Below, piece after piece: positions 10,132 to 19,575 of a stretch of 61,432 bases of DNA. The position numbers and the translations under genes were made by a program. The notes under the pieces are model-generated. The model was not told where the DNA came from. It did no database searches and saw nothing but the letters and a program-made list of their open reading frames with translations. Position 1 is the stretch's first letter. Every line of letters begins with the position of its first letter. Source of the DNA: a virus (lineage: Duplodnaviria; Caudoviricetes); IMG/VR virus record IMGVR_UViG_3300045243_000055, positions 1 through 61,432 of that record, one strand, 5' to 3'.

Positions 10132-11901
10132 ATGAGCGATCCGATCGAAAACCAAGTGACGATCACACTGACTGGCCTCATTGGCGACGCGGCGGTGATC
10201 GGCTCCGGCGTCATTACGTTTACGTCGGCCACACCGCCCACTCCCACCCCGACGCCAACGCCAACGCCGACACCCACGCCTACGCCTACGCCCGAGCCGA
10301 CACCGCCGCCGGACGGTGACACCACGCCGCTCAGCGTGCGCGTCGATTATCAAGGCGCCAGCTACGTCTTTGACGAGGCGACCGGCACGGCCTTGCGCGA
10401 CTATGAGGAACCGGGCGGGCACTTCGTGCAGAGGTGCGTGCTGTGCACGTTGCCCGACCTGCCGGGGTTCCGCGTTTTCTTCCGCCGTGAACGAGGGGCA
10501 CCGCGAGACGAGGTCGTGTTCGAGCTTGGGTCAATCTTCACCGGCACGCCGGCGCACCTGGGCAGCTATGTCGCGACGATCATGCGTGGGTCTGAGACGC
10601 TGGCGAAGGTCACGGTGCCAACCCACTACTGGAACGACCGTTGGCGCTGGTTCTCGGCGCCGAGGCCGATCATCTATCCGGCCGCCGGCTTCCTTGGCTC
10701 TATGCTGCCCGCCTACAGCGAGACGTTGTTCGGCAGCGCCATCCCGCTATCGACGCCTCGCACCTACACCGCGCCAATGGACCTCGCCGGGATCACCGCG
10801 TACATCCCCTCGACCGGAGAGCGTGACGAGATCGGCGCGTGCACCGAAGCGCAGGCGGAGTTTCTGTGCACCGGCAGCGATGTGGCATGGGCCTCGGTGC
10901 TGGCACAGGCGGAGGCCAGCGGGTCGATCCCGCTGCACTTCAGGGACGAGACCACCCACGCGCCGCTCGATTGGACCGCCTATCCCAACGCCACGATGTA
11001 CGGGACGACCGGTGACCCGCTCGTGAAGAACCCCGCTGACAGCCCGGTCGTGCTCGACAGCGCGCACATGGGAAGTTTCTGCTTCGTGCCGTTCTTGCTG
11101 ACCGGCGATCCTTACTACTTGGAGTGGCTGCAATTCTGCGCGGTCTACAACGTCATCTGCCTGAGCCCAGGCGCACGCCAGAACTACAGCTTAGGCAATG
11201 CGATCAGGGCTGTCGCATGGGCGTTGCGCTCACTCGTTCAGGCGGCGACGGTGACGCCGGACAACGTGCCGGACTGGCTGTTGCCGAAGGCGCTGTTCAA
11301 GAGTCGGCTTGACGACCAGCGCAAATGGTTCATGGACCGCTACGTCAACGGCAGCGAACTGCCCTGCGCTGATCTTTGGATACTGCAAACGCCAGTCGGC
11401 AGTCCGGGCTCAGCAACGTCGGTGCCGCCGGCTGGGACCTACATCTCGCCGTGGCAGGAGGACTTCCTCAGTTGCGTCCTCGGCTGGGTTGTGGCGCTGG
11501 GTCATAGCGATTGGCTTGAGATCCTCGAGTGGAAAGCCCGGGATACGATGGCACGCACGTCCGGCACATCGGGCTGGGTGCGTGCGGTGCCGACGCTCTA
11601 CCAGCTTATGACGCGGGAGGGTCCGTCGGGGCTGTCGGTGACCACCTGGGCCGACGCCTGGGAACTGAACGCTCGCTGTCTCGGTGATCCGTGCGCCTAC
11701 GATGACCCCGACACCTTCTCGGCCAACGCCAACATCACGTACACAAGCTACGCCCTCGGCGCTCTGGCGTTCGAAGCGCTCGCCGGCGTCGATGGCGCGG
11801 CGGGGTGCTACGACTGGCTGCTGAGCCAGATGCAGGCCAGTACCACCCGCGACCGCTACTCGCGGCGGAAGTGGTCGATGGCCTACGTGACGAACCACTG
11901 A
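10132..11901 (+). CDS. Hypothetical protein with PT-repeat linker and an alpha-helical glycan-active-like domain
   Basis: (PT)n run near 10231-10310; FLLTGDPYYLE, RAVAWALR and SPWQEDF motifs. Confidence 0.55.
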   Translation: MSDPIENQVTITLTGLIGDAAVIGSGVITFTSATPPTPTPTPTPTPTPTPTPTPEPTPPPDGDTTPLSVRVDYQGASYVFDEATGTALRDYEEPGGHFVQRCVLCTLPDLPGFRVFFRRERGAPRDEVVFELGSIFTGTPAHLGSYVATIMRGSETLAKVTVPTHYWNDRWRWFSAPRPIIYPAAGFLGSMLPAYSETLFGSAIPLSTPRTYTAPMDLAGITAYIPSTGERDEIGACTEAQAEFLCTGSDVAWASVLAQAEASGSIPLHFRDETTHAPLDWTAYPNATMYGTTGDPLVKNPADSPVVLDSAHMGSFCFVPFLLTGDPYYLEWLQFCAVYNVICLSPGARQNYSLGNAIRAVAWALRSLVQAATVTPDNVPDWLLPKALFKSRLDDQRKWFMDRYVNGSELPCADLWILQTPVGSPGSATSVPPAGTYISPWQEDFLSCVLGWVVALGHSDWLEILEWKARDTMARTSGTSGWVRAVPTLYQLMTREGPSGLSVTTWADAWELNARCLGDPCAYDDPDTFSANANITYTSYALGALAFEALAGVDGAAGCYDWLLSQMQASTTRDRYSRRKWSMAYVTNH

Positions 11902-11902
11902 C

Positions 11903-12538
11903 ATGGCCGAGGACCCACCGCGTCGGGATTACAACGGCGCGGCGGGGTTCCTTTCCGCGTTGCTCTCTGGCCTCGATCGGCCCTGGAAGGTCGTCGGGCT
12001 GCTCGCCATCATGGTGGTCGGCGGCATCGGTTACACGCTCTACGAAATGCGTGCGCAGATCGCCCAGGCCATCCTGGCGCGGCGGGTGACGCCGCATCTG
12101 GACATGCAGGCGTTCACGCAGGCGGCGCCGGTGATCATCCGTGACGCGCACGCCTTCGGTGTTATGCTGCTCGAGGTCCGGCTGAGCGACAACGTGGCGA
12201 TCGTGCGTGACGGGCTGGATAAGGACGGGCATGTCTGGATCCCGCTCGGGGGTCCGCATCCGGCGATTTCCGAGCAGACTGATCCCGCGTTCTTGGTGAA
12301 GTTCCTGCGCAACGAGCCGACGTGTTTCAGCGTCAATCCCGGCACGCCGAACGCCGAGGGCGCAGCAGCGGCAGCGCGCTACCAGATCGTCCGGCTCTGC
12401 ATGATTCAGGTTCCCCCGCTGTTCGGCGTGATGGTTGGGGCGCTGGTCATCGCGTGGCAGGAGCCGCCGGACCTCACGACTGAGGCACAAGCCAAACTCG
12501 TGATGGAAGATCACGCCATGAGGCTGGCGGTGTGGTGA
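11903..12538 (+). CDS. Single-TM membrane protein with soluble C-terminal domain (possible holin-like)
   Basis: Hydrophobic VVGLLAIMVVGGIGYTLY segment; located near the end of the late operon. Confidence 0.45.
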   Translation: MAEDPPRRDYNGAAGFLSALLSGLDRPWKVVGLLAIMVVGGIGYTLYEMRAQIAQAILARRVTPHLDMQAFTQAAPVIIRDAHAFGVMLLEVRLSDNVAIVRDGLDKDGHVWIPLGGPHPAISEQTDPAFLVKFLRNEPTCFSVNPGTPNAEGAAAAARYQIVRLCMIQVPPLFGVMVGALVIAWQEPPDLTTEAQAKLVMEDHAMRLAVW

Positions 12539-12550
12539 AGGAGATGCGCA

Positions 12551-13867
12551 ATGTCTGATCCGGTGACCCGCCAAGAGTTCGATGCGCTCGAAGTGCGCGT
12601 GTCAGCCCTTGAGGCCGCAAGCGGCACAACGCCTGAGCCGGGACCGCCAATCGAGGGGATCGAGGCCAAGCGGGTCGCGTCGCTGATCGAGATGTTCGGG
12701 CTCAACACCTTCTCGTCTCTCGACACGCACAACACGTGGGGATCGTGGCCCGCTGACTATTCACCACCCTCGACGATTGCGGCGCTGCGCTATCTGGTCG
12801 GCGACAGCGGCTTCACGCTGCCGATCCGCGAGTACCACTACGCCGGCCGGTTCGACATGCAGAAGCAGTGGTTCGCGGCCATCCTCGCCGAGTTCCCCGA
12901 GACGAGGTTCACCGTCTGCCCTGGCGCCAATGCCAGCGCGGCGGATGTGCCGACGATGGTGCAGTTGCCGCACAAGTGGGTCGAGGGGCTGAACGAACCG
13001 AACACCAACTTCGGTTCTGGCGAGGTTCCCATCGCGACCACCATGGAGATCCAGCAGGCGATCCTCGACGGCGAAGATCAGGGCATCATGGGTCCCAGCA
13101 TCGTCGCCGGCACGCCACATCCCGAGGGATGGATCACCGGCTACTGCGAGACGCCGGAAAATCTCGCCGCGCTGAATGCCGCGATTGATTTCGGCAATGG
13201 ACACTACTACCCCCCGGCTAGCCCGGACGTGCCGAACACCGGCTACTCGATCAACGAATACATCGGCGGGCTGTGGACGGCGTATTCTCAGAAGCCGATC
13301 TTTCTGACCGAGTACCACCCGACCCTATACAATAGCCGTGGTCACAAGCCCGATCAGGAAGGCTGGGACGGACACCGAGATGCGTACTACACGCTGACCA
13401 CGCTGATGCGATGCGCGCAGAATGGCACGATGGGCCTCTGGTGGTACGCGCTGTTCGACTACGGCGAGACCTATCGCTGCGGGTTGTTCCCGCAGTCGTA
13501 CGCCAACGATCCACGGCCGGCGGCTGACGCGATCCGAAATCTCTGCGCGATCTGCGCCGACCGGGGCGACCGTCACGGCTTCGCCACAGGTAAGCTGGAC
13601 GTGGTCGCGCGCGGCCTGACCGATGCGATGGACCTCGATGTGTTCCAGGCCTCGGACGGGCGGTTCTTGGTGCCGGCCTGGCACGCCGCTGAGGATCTGA
13701 TGCAGGGCGACGCGGTGGAGGTCACGCTTGCCTTCGGCTCGCGCAAGCGCGCGGTGAGCGTCTACAGCCCACTCGATGGCGCAGAGCCGGTCGTGACGCT
13801 GACCGACGTCACCGAACTTGTGCTCAAGCTGCCGCCCGGCGTGGTGGTGATCGAAGTCCGCCCCTGA
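12551..13867 (+). CDS. Putative clan-A-like glycoside hydrolase
   Basis: EGLNEP acid/base-like motif, NGHYY and FLTEY nucleophile-like motif; GAAGGAG RBS upstream. Confidence 0.6.
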   Translation: MSDPVTRQEFDALEVRVSALEAASGTTPEPGPPIEGIEAKRVASLIEMFGLNTFSSLDTHNTWGSWPADYSPPSTIAALRYLVGDSGFTLPIREYHYAGRFDMQKQWFAAILAEFPETRFTVCPGANASAADVPTMVQLPHKWVEGLNEPNTNFGSGEVPIATTMEIQQAILDGEDQGIMGPSIVAGTPHPEGWITGYCETPENLAALNAAIDFGNGHYYPPASPDVPNTGYSINEYIGGLWTAYSQKPIFLTEYHPTLYNSRGHKPDQEGWDGHRDAYYTLTTLMRCAQNGTMGLWWYALFDYGETYRCGLFPQSYANDPRPAADAIRNLCAICADRGDRHGFATGKLDVVARGLTDAMDLDVFQASDGRFLVPAWHAAEDLMQGDAVEVTLAFGSRKRAVSVYSPLDGAEPVVTLTDVTELVLKLPPGVVVIEVRP

Positions 13868-14009
13868 TCGCCGCCCTGGCGGTCGCCTTCCTCGCCCTGT
13901 GCGCCATGCTGCTGATCGTGCTGTTGCGCCAGCCGCCTTGATCCTGCAGACCGCCACTGCCATGCTGGCGGCGATCGAGTAGATTGCCATCTCCGTACAA
14001 ACCTTCCTT

Positions 14010-14038
14010 GGCCCCGGTGGAAGCACCGGGGCCTTTTT
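14010..14038 (+). terminator. Intrinsic terminator at the end of the late operon
   Basis: GGCCCCGGTG-GAAG-CACCGGGGCC followed by TTTTT. Confidence 0.85.
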
Positions 14039-14043
14039 CGTGC

Positions 14044-14385
14044 CTATGGTCCGGTCTGCGCGATGATGCGGGCGCGCAGCAGCGCGACGACCTCCTTGTG
14101 CTGCGCCTCGGCCTCGTCCCATGTGCAGCATCGGTACTGATGCTGGCCGTCCTCGTAATCATCAAACGCCATCGTCTCGAACAGCACAGGCCGTTCGCTG
14201 CTGCCCCAGCCGTGGTCGATGCCGAGGAATACCGTGCTGACCGTGACGCCGGGGGCGATCTGGTCGAATGCGACGCGGCGGTTCCGGTCGAAGTCGGCGA
14301 AGGCCAATGACCATGCCGCTACATCCTCGCACGGCACCGGCTGGTGATCGGCGTCGAGGATGTAGAGTATGGATCGCAGCGGCAT
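14044..14385 (-). CDS. Phage hypothetical protein
   Basis: VSTVFLGIDH..PVLFETM..TWDEAEAQH pattern common in phage hypotheticals. Confidence 0.7.
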   Translation of the reverse strand: MPLRSILYILDADHQPVPCEDVAAWSLAFADFDRNRRVAFDQIAPGVTVSTVFLGIDHGWGSSERPVLFETMAFDDYEDGQHQYRCCTWDEAEAQHKEVVALLRARIIAQTGP

Positions 14386-14624
14386 CACCCCTCCCCGTCC
14401 ATCAAGGCGGCATTGACCGGGATCAGCTTGCGCACCGTCTCGATGTGAAACGCCAGCGCGGCCTCTCGCACCTGCTCGGTGTGCGCGGGCGTGTCCGAGC
14501 GATGCCCGGCGAGGAAGATCGCCAATAAGTCCGCCAGCACGGCGCCCTGGACGCCCGCCGGCTGCCCGGACAGGAGCGGGCGGATGCACTCGACGATGGG
14601 TCCGATGCGGCTGACGTCGCTCAT
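14385..14624 (-). CDS. Hypothetical protein
   Basis: MSDVSRIG start; stop overlaps the start of the next gene. Confidence 0.55.
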   Translation of the reverse strand: MSDVSRIGPIVECIRPLLSGQPAGVQGAVLADLLAIFLAGHRSDTPAHTEQVREAALAFHIETVRKLIPVNAALMDGEG

Positions 14625-14834
14625 GGTGGGTGCCGGATCAGATCGGCGGCCGAGGTGCCACGGATCAAGGGGGTTACCGGCCGCGGATGGGCAACAACAA
14701 TCCGGCCGATTGCTGGCGAAACGGCATCCCGTGTTTAATCGACTCGTCCGTCCCTTGCGCCAGCGACCGGCGCCCCTCACAAGCGAAACGCCGGTCAGGA
14801 CGGGCCTGGCCGGCGCTTCAACGGAGGACCAAGC

Positions 14835-14915
14835 ATGGAGTGCGCCCATGCGTGGCTTCCGCTGCGGATAGTCGTGACCGTGATCCTCAAGGTCAAGGTT
14901 CGCGTCAAGAAGTAG
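14835..14915 (+). CDS. 26-aa hydrophobic/basic peptide MECAHAWLPLRIVVTVILKVKVRVKK (not in ORF track)
   Basis: GGAGG RBS at 14823-14827; flanked by hairpins 14789-14815 and 14924-14949. Confidence 0.55.
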   Translation: MECAHAWLPLRIVVTVILKVKVRVKK

Positions 14916-15189
14916 CGGAAGCAGCCCGGTCGGGGCAACCTGGCCGGGCGACCTCCGGGCCGCCTGCCATACCGCCCCGCAATGCCGTGCGACCGGGTCC
15001 GCGCAGATGCGCCGCGATCGCCTGCATGATCGGCAGTGTCAGCGCCTCGACCCGCGCGCTCCGAATGGGGTCAGCCCGACACGACATTGTTCCCTCAATG
15101 CTCGGGTCAGACCCTGGAGCGGCGGTAACGACGCCGCTCCAGGTCGCTTCTGTCAGTGTCGGCCCGGTAGTCGCCGGCCGGTGGCGACG

Positions 15190-15672
15190 TCATGCATCCC
15201 CCTCCGGCAAACCGAGTATCTCGAACTCCCGCTCGTCCTTCCGCCTGCAGCTCAGCCCGTTGGCCGCCAGGGCGGCTTCCATCTGTCGCTGCCTCTCGGC
15301 TTGGTCGCTCTTGGTGAGGCGGGGCGCGATGAAGATGAAGCAGCGGCCGTATTCGGGATGCCCCTCCCGTGGTACCCGGGTGCCGACGTCACGGATCCCT
15401 TTGGTGATGCGCCGGAGGTAGGTGTGCCGCGCGTCGACATCAGGCGCCGGCTGGGGCAGGCGCTTGGCCGACGACGGCGGGTGGGGCTGTGGCGGAGGCG
15501 CGGCCTTCGCCTGCTCATCGCCGAGCACTTCCCTCGCCAGATCGCCAAGCGCCTTCGTGGTCGCCTCGGTCGAGCCGGTCAGCGCCGTCCACTCATCCTG
15601 ATTGTCCTCCGACCAGCGGGCGCCCTGGTAGAACAGCAACACCGCGCGGGCCAGCCGCTCGCCGCCGGTCAT
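15190..15672 (-). CDS. Hypothetical protein
   Basis: ORF starting MTGGERLARAVLLFY. Confidence 0.5.
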   Translation of the reverse strand: MTGGERLARAVLLFYQGARWSEDNQDEWTALTGSTEATTKALGDLAREVLGDEQAKAAPPPQPHPPSSAKRLPQPAPDVDARHTYLRRITKGIRDVGTRVPREGHPEYGRCFIFIAPRLTKSDQAERQRQMEAALAANGLSCRRKDEREFEILGLPEGDA

Positions 15673-15773
15673 GCCAGTCCCCCGCCATTGCAGCATGGCA
15701 GCAGCCTACTCTCAGGGTCGCTCAGCGCAACCTTTTCGCACGCTGTCTATCCGACCGGGTGGCGAGAGCGCGG

Positions 15774-16361
15774 CTATCGAGGCGCGTTCCCGATTCGGGC
15801 CTGTCGCTGTCGGCGTTCCTCCGCGAGTTTGGCGGCAAAGCGGGTCTCGAACCCTGGCAACGCCCCCTGCAGGCGGCCCGTCAGCGCCTCCGCCGCGACT
15901 GCGACCGGCAGAGTGCCGGTGGAACCAGATTCAAGATTTAAGGCTCTTGAGACGGGCGGTGGATGGTCTGGGGCCGGTCCAAGCGGGTGCGGGTTCAGCG
16001 CGTAGGCGTTGGAGGTCTGCGCCGTCCGCCAGCCGGTGCGCACGATACGGCGCTGCCAGGTGAGCAGGCCGAGTGCTGCGGCTGCCTTGAGCGTCCGCAG
16101 CACGGTCGAGGCGTCGGTGTGCGCGCCGGCAGCCAGACGCTCGTGAGACGGGTCGCAGCGGCCGTCTCGCGCGAGATGCTTCAACAGGTCATCCAGCACC
16201 CATTCGCCCTTCGGGGTGATCCTCCCTGCCCTCGCCTCGAGGCTGACGCGAAAGCGCCAGCGGGCTTTCTGATTGCCGTCCAGCGGCTTGCGAGGCCCTG
16301 GGCCGAATACCGATCCCCGGTGCCATGGGTGCGGATGGTCGCGATCTCGTCGCTCGGTCAT
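15774..16361 (-). CDS. Winged-HTH protein, putative plasmid-type replication initiator
   Basis: GRCDPSHERLA..STVLRTLKAAAALGLLTWQRR..QTSNAY resembles HTH_36-type Rep proteins of alphaproteobacterial plasmids. Confidence 0.6.
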   Translation of the reverse strand: MTERRDRDHPHPWHRGSVFGPGPRKPLDGNQKARWRFRVSLEARAGRITPKGEWVLDDLLKHLARDGRCDPSHERLAAGAHTDASTVLRTLKAAAALGLLTWQRRIVRTGWRTAQTSNAYALNPHPLGPAPDHPPPVSRALNLESGSTGTLPVAVAAEALTGRLQGALPGFETRFAAKLAEERRQRQARIGNAPR

Positions 16362-16837
16362 GGTTCTCCCCCATGCCGAGGCCGACCGTCAGGACGCGTA
16401 CCCCCGCAGCCAAAAGCGGGCTTGATTTACGGCGCTGCTTGTCGGATGCTGGTGACTGTCAGATCTAGTCCAGCATCCAGTTTTTGGGGGCCGTCCTTCA
16501 TTGGGCGGCCTCGACTATTTCTAGCTCATGCCTTTCTCCATGCGCCCGACTCGGAGTCGGGCTGATGCCAGCCTGCCGACTTTGCAACCATTTGGCGAGG
16601 CTCATATTTCACGGCGCGCTCACGCGCATTTCCGGCCCCGGCGACAGCGTGCCGCTTCGCAGGCACAGCAAACCCGTGCAATTTGCAATCAGCCATGGGG
16701 CCTATCCGTTCTAGCGTCTCATGGTCAGGGGCGTGGTCGGAGGTCAGAGTCCGGCCGCGTCCCGCCCTGGTATCCTGCTACTCTTGCGTGCGAAACCGCA
16801 AGTACTATGGCGTGGGCGGCAATTATGGCAACGGTGG

Positions 16838-17068
16838 CTAAGGCGCGGTAAAACGGTTGGCGGCGTCCAGGAGGGCGGTGAGGACGGGTGGATCGCCCTT
16901 GCCGAGGGCCCGGAGGCCCCCGACGAACTCGACCAGGGCCTCGACCACCGCCGGCTCAAGCCCGACCCAGTGGTCCCCCTCGAGGCGCGGCGCGCGGAGC
17001 ATGATCTGCCAGCCGTCGAACGAGGCGTACAGCCCGTCGCCCAGGTAAGTCTCTGCCGTCATAGACAT
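16838..17068 (-). CDS. Phage hypothetical protein
   Basis: YLGDGLYASFDGWQIML motif; GGAGG RBS. Confidence 0.65.
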   Translation of the reverse strand: MSMTAETYLGDGLYASFDGWQIMLRAPRLEGDHWVGLEPAVVEALVEFVGGLRALGKGDPPVLTALLDAANRFTAP

Positions 17069-17218
17069 CGCCGTTCCTCCCGCCGGGACCGTAGCGCGCC
17101 GGGACCGGCAGCTATGTGCCCACGGCGTGTGTTTCTCGTGGGCACTCCGCGTAGCACCTGGGCTTGTGCGAACGTGTGCCCACACGCCATGCTTCGCATA
17201 GACACGGAGCATGGGCAC

Positions 17219-17641
17219 ATGGCGGATAAAGGGCCGATCTGGCGCATCAGGGGCATGACGGCGGCCGAGCCGGATGCGGTCTCGGCGGTCGCAGCAGCGA
17301 AGCGGGCAGGGATGCCGGTCGCCGAATGGATGCGGCTGGCAATCCGCGAGATGGTCGCCCGCGAGCGCATTGACCAGGGGGAGGTACTGCTGCCCGGTGA
17401 GGCCGACCTTGTGCCAGAACGTGCCACACCGTCGCTCGGCCCGGCCGACATCATCGCCTACCTCGAAGCCTACCGCCGCGTGCTGGAACTGCGCGGAAAG
17501 CGGCTTGCGCAGAACGCCCGGATCCTGGTCGCCGCTGAGCGCCTGCTGCGCGCGCCGTTCGTGGCCGAGCGGTCACGGCTGCCGGCCCAGCGCGAGCGGG
17601 TCACGGATCAGAGCGAGGCTGCTCCGAGCGGCGGAGAGTAG
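17219..17641 (+). CDS. Ribbon-helix-helix-like DNA-binding protein
   Basis: PIWRIRGM..AAAKRAGMPVAEWMRLAIRE beta-alpha-alpha pattern; GGAG upstream. Confidence 0.55.
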   Translation: MADKGPIWRIRGMTAAEPDAVSAVAAAKRAGMPVAEWMRLAIREMVARERIDQGEVLLPGEADLVPERATPSLGPADIIAYLEAYRRVLELRGKRLAQNARILVAAERLLRAPFVAERSRLPAQRERVTDQSEAAPSGGE

Positions 17642-18294
17642 AGTTCCGGGCCGACTGGTAGTTTTGACAGGGTCTCTCAGCGGGCGGCATGGATCACGAT
17701 CATGGCGCCGAGCAGCGCCAGCAGCACGCCCAGTGCAGCAAGGCAGAGGCCGAGCACGGTCGTCATCGCAAAGCTCCCCATGGCGTCAGTTCGGAGGCGT
17801 CCGGGTCATCTGCCTACCTTTCACTTAGCGGACGGTAGGTGTCATTGCTTGCCGGAAGCCCGTCGCGCCACATCTACCACGGCGTTGAACATCGCTTCCT
17901 CCACGGCATTCCCAGGCGTAGGCAGTCTGGTGAAGCCAAATGTTGTGCGGAAGGGACCGCCGCCGACGGGCAACTCCCCTCTCGCTTCTAGCCGTTGCAG
18001 TTCCTCCACCCACGCCTTCAAGCGGTCCACTTCAGCTTTGAACGCCTCGCGGAATTCCTCTGTCGATCCTGGCTCAGCCATCACTCGCTCCCACCTGTTC
18101 GCCTGTCGTGAGATCGACGATCTTTGACCATCGGAAATGCGGGACATCGCTCTCTGTTCGGCAACGGCGTTGGGCTTCCTTCAGGGTCTTGAAGCGATAC
18201 GTAACCGAGTCTGCGCCACCTGGGGGACCAGACCTGATCGTCACTTCATACCGTTCAGCACTATCGTTCATGGCCACTCCATCAATCGAGGGGT

Positions 18295-18489
18295 TCACTT
18301 ATCGGAAGGCGGCGGGGCGGGCAGCGGCGCCCAATGGGTTGGCTCTAGGATCACCCGCACGTAGACCCGCCCGTCGTCGTATCCAGTAACCCAGCAGTCA
18401 TGGTGCCAGAACCCATGCCACAGAGAGCCGCCATCACTCAGCACGATGAAGGTGTCCTTCGGCGCGGTGGCGATCGGCTGCCATTCCAT
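18295..18489 (-). CDS. DUF551-like phage protein
   Basis: MEWQPIATAPKD...PTHWAPLPAPP signature. Confidence 0.75.
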   Translation of the reverse strand: MEWQPIATAPKDTFIVLSDGGSLWHGFWHHDCWVTGYDDGRVYVRVILEPTHWAPLPAPPPSDK

Positions 18490-19134
18490 CGGCTTCCTCC
18501 GCTAACTGGTCTTGTCGATGGTAGGTGCGGTTGGACGCTTGCGGCCCAGCCGCTTGGCGATGCCTGACAACCGCATCACGGTCGGCAGTTCGGACCCTGA
18601 GATAATCGCGCCGTTGTCCGTGGCGTGTAGCAGCCAAGCAAGAGCGCGCTGTTCAGAAGGGGACAGCAAAACGCGAGCGATCGTCTCAGCCATCGGCTAC
18701 CTCTCACAAACGCGATTATCGGAGGTAGGTCGCGGCGCCGGCTTGATCCACCAGCAGCCACAGCGCGGGCAGGGCTCGTGCATTCGGAAGTCTCCGATAT
18801 CGCCGCACCGCACGCATTGCCAGTCAGCCATCGGCCACTCCTGCAATCGAGGGGTTCACTGACTGGAAGCCGGGGCCGCGCCGAACGGGTGATCGCGCAG
18901 CCATTGGATGTATTTCGGCGTATTGAAACCCACGACGCGGTCGGTATCGATCGTGATCCGCGCCGCAGCAGAGTGCGCCAGAGCGTGCCAGCCAAGCTGG
19001 TCGCGCGCAAAGTCGTATGCCTCCGACCATGTGAAGTCGTTCGGCACTTCGACCTCGCGCTCCACCGTGGCGGCGAACCTGATCCGGTATGTCGTCATGC
19101 TGGCCACCTCTCCAAACGAGCGTTTACGCACACT

Positions 19135-19575
19135 TTATGCGTCTGTAATCGTTGGCCTTGCGTTCCACGGTTTGAACGCGCACATGGCCTCGGCGGTCAG
19201 GGATGGGTCTGACCAGTCGCCGGTGAAGCGGATTGCCCGATCGTCGATGGTCAGCCACGCGGCGGGCTTCTCGTTGGCGAAACTGAGGGTCAGCGGCTTG
19301 GTGGGGTGACGCTCGCCGCCGGCCTTGATCCAAGCGTTGCGCTTCTCGTGCAGCCACATGGTCATGGCCACAATGCCAGCTTCGTCCTTCGACCTCGACG
19401 AATAGACGACCAACTCAAAGTTGTCGCGCACTCGCTCGACCCACTCAAAGAAGCCGGGCACGACCTCGCCGTAAATCGTGCCGTCCTGCCAGCCATGTTC
19501 GTAGCTATGGATCACGCCGTCGAAGTCGATGCAGATCGTCGGCCGGAATATTTCGGTTGGTCGATGGTCACTCAT
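19135..19575 (-). CDS. HAD-superfamily phosphatase-like protein
   Basis: [12 protein letters not shown] (motif I), VYSSR (motif II), IDDRA (motif IV). Confidence 0.8.
   Translation of the reverse strand: MSDHRPTEIFRPTICIDFDGVIHSYEHGWQDGTIYGEVVPGFFEWVERVRDNFELVVYSSRSKDEAGIVAMTMWLHEKRNAWIKAGGERHPTKPLTLSFANEKPAAWLTIDDRAIRFTGDWSDPSLTAEAMCAFKPWNARPTITDA

Noticed and set aside
10231-10310. ACGCC-type tandem repeat as another guide array
   Set aside because: 6-nt period in frame, encoding a Pro-Thr linker
15711-15725. 15-bp match CTCAGGGTCGCTCAG also present near 22874
   Set aside because: Only two copies in unrelated contexts; may be chance
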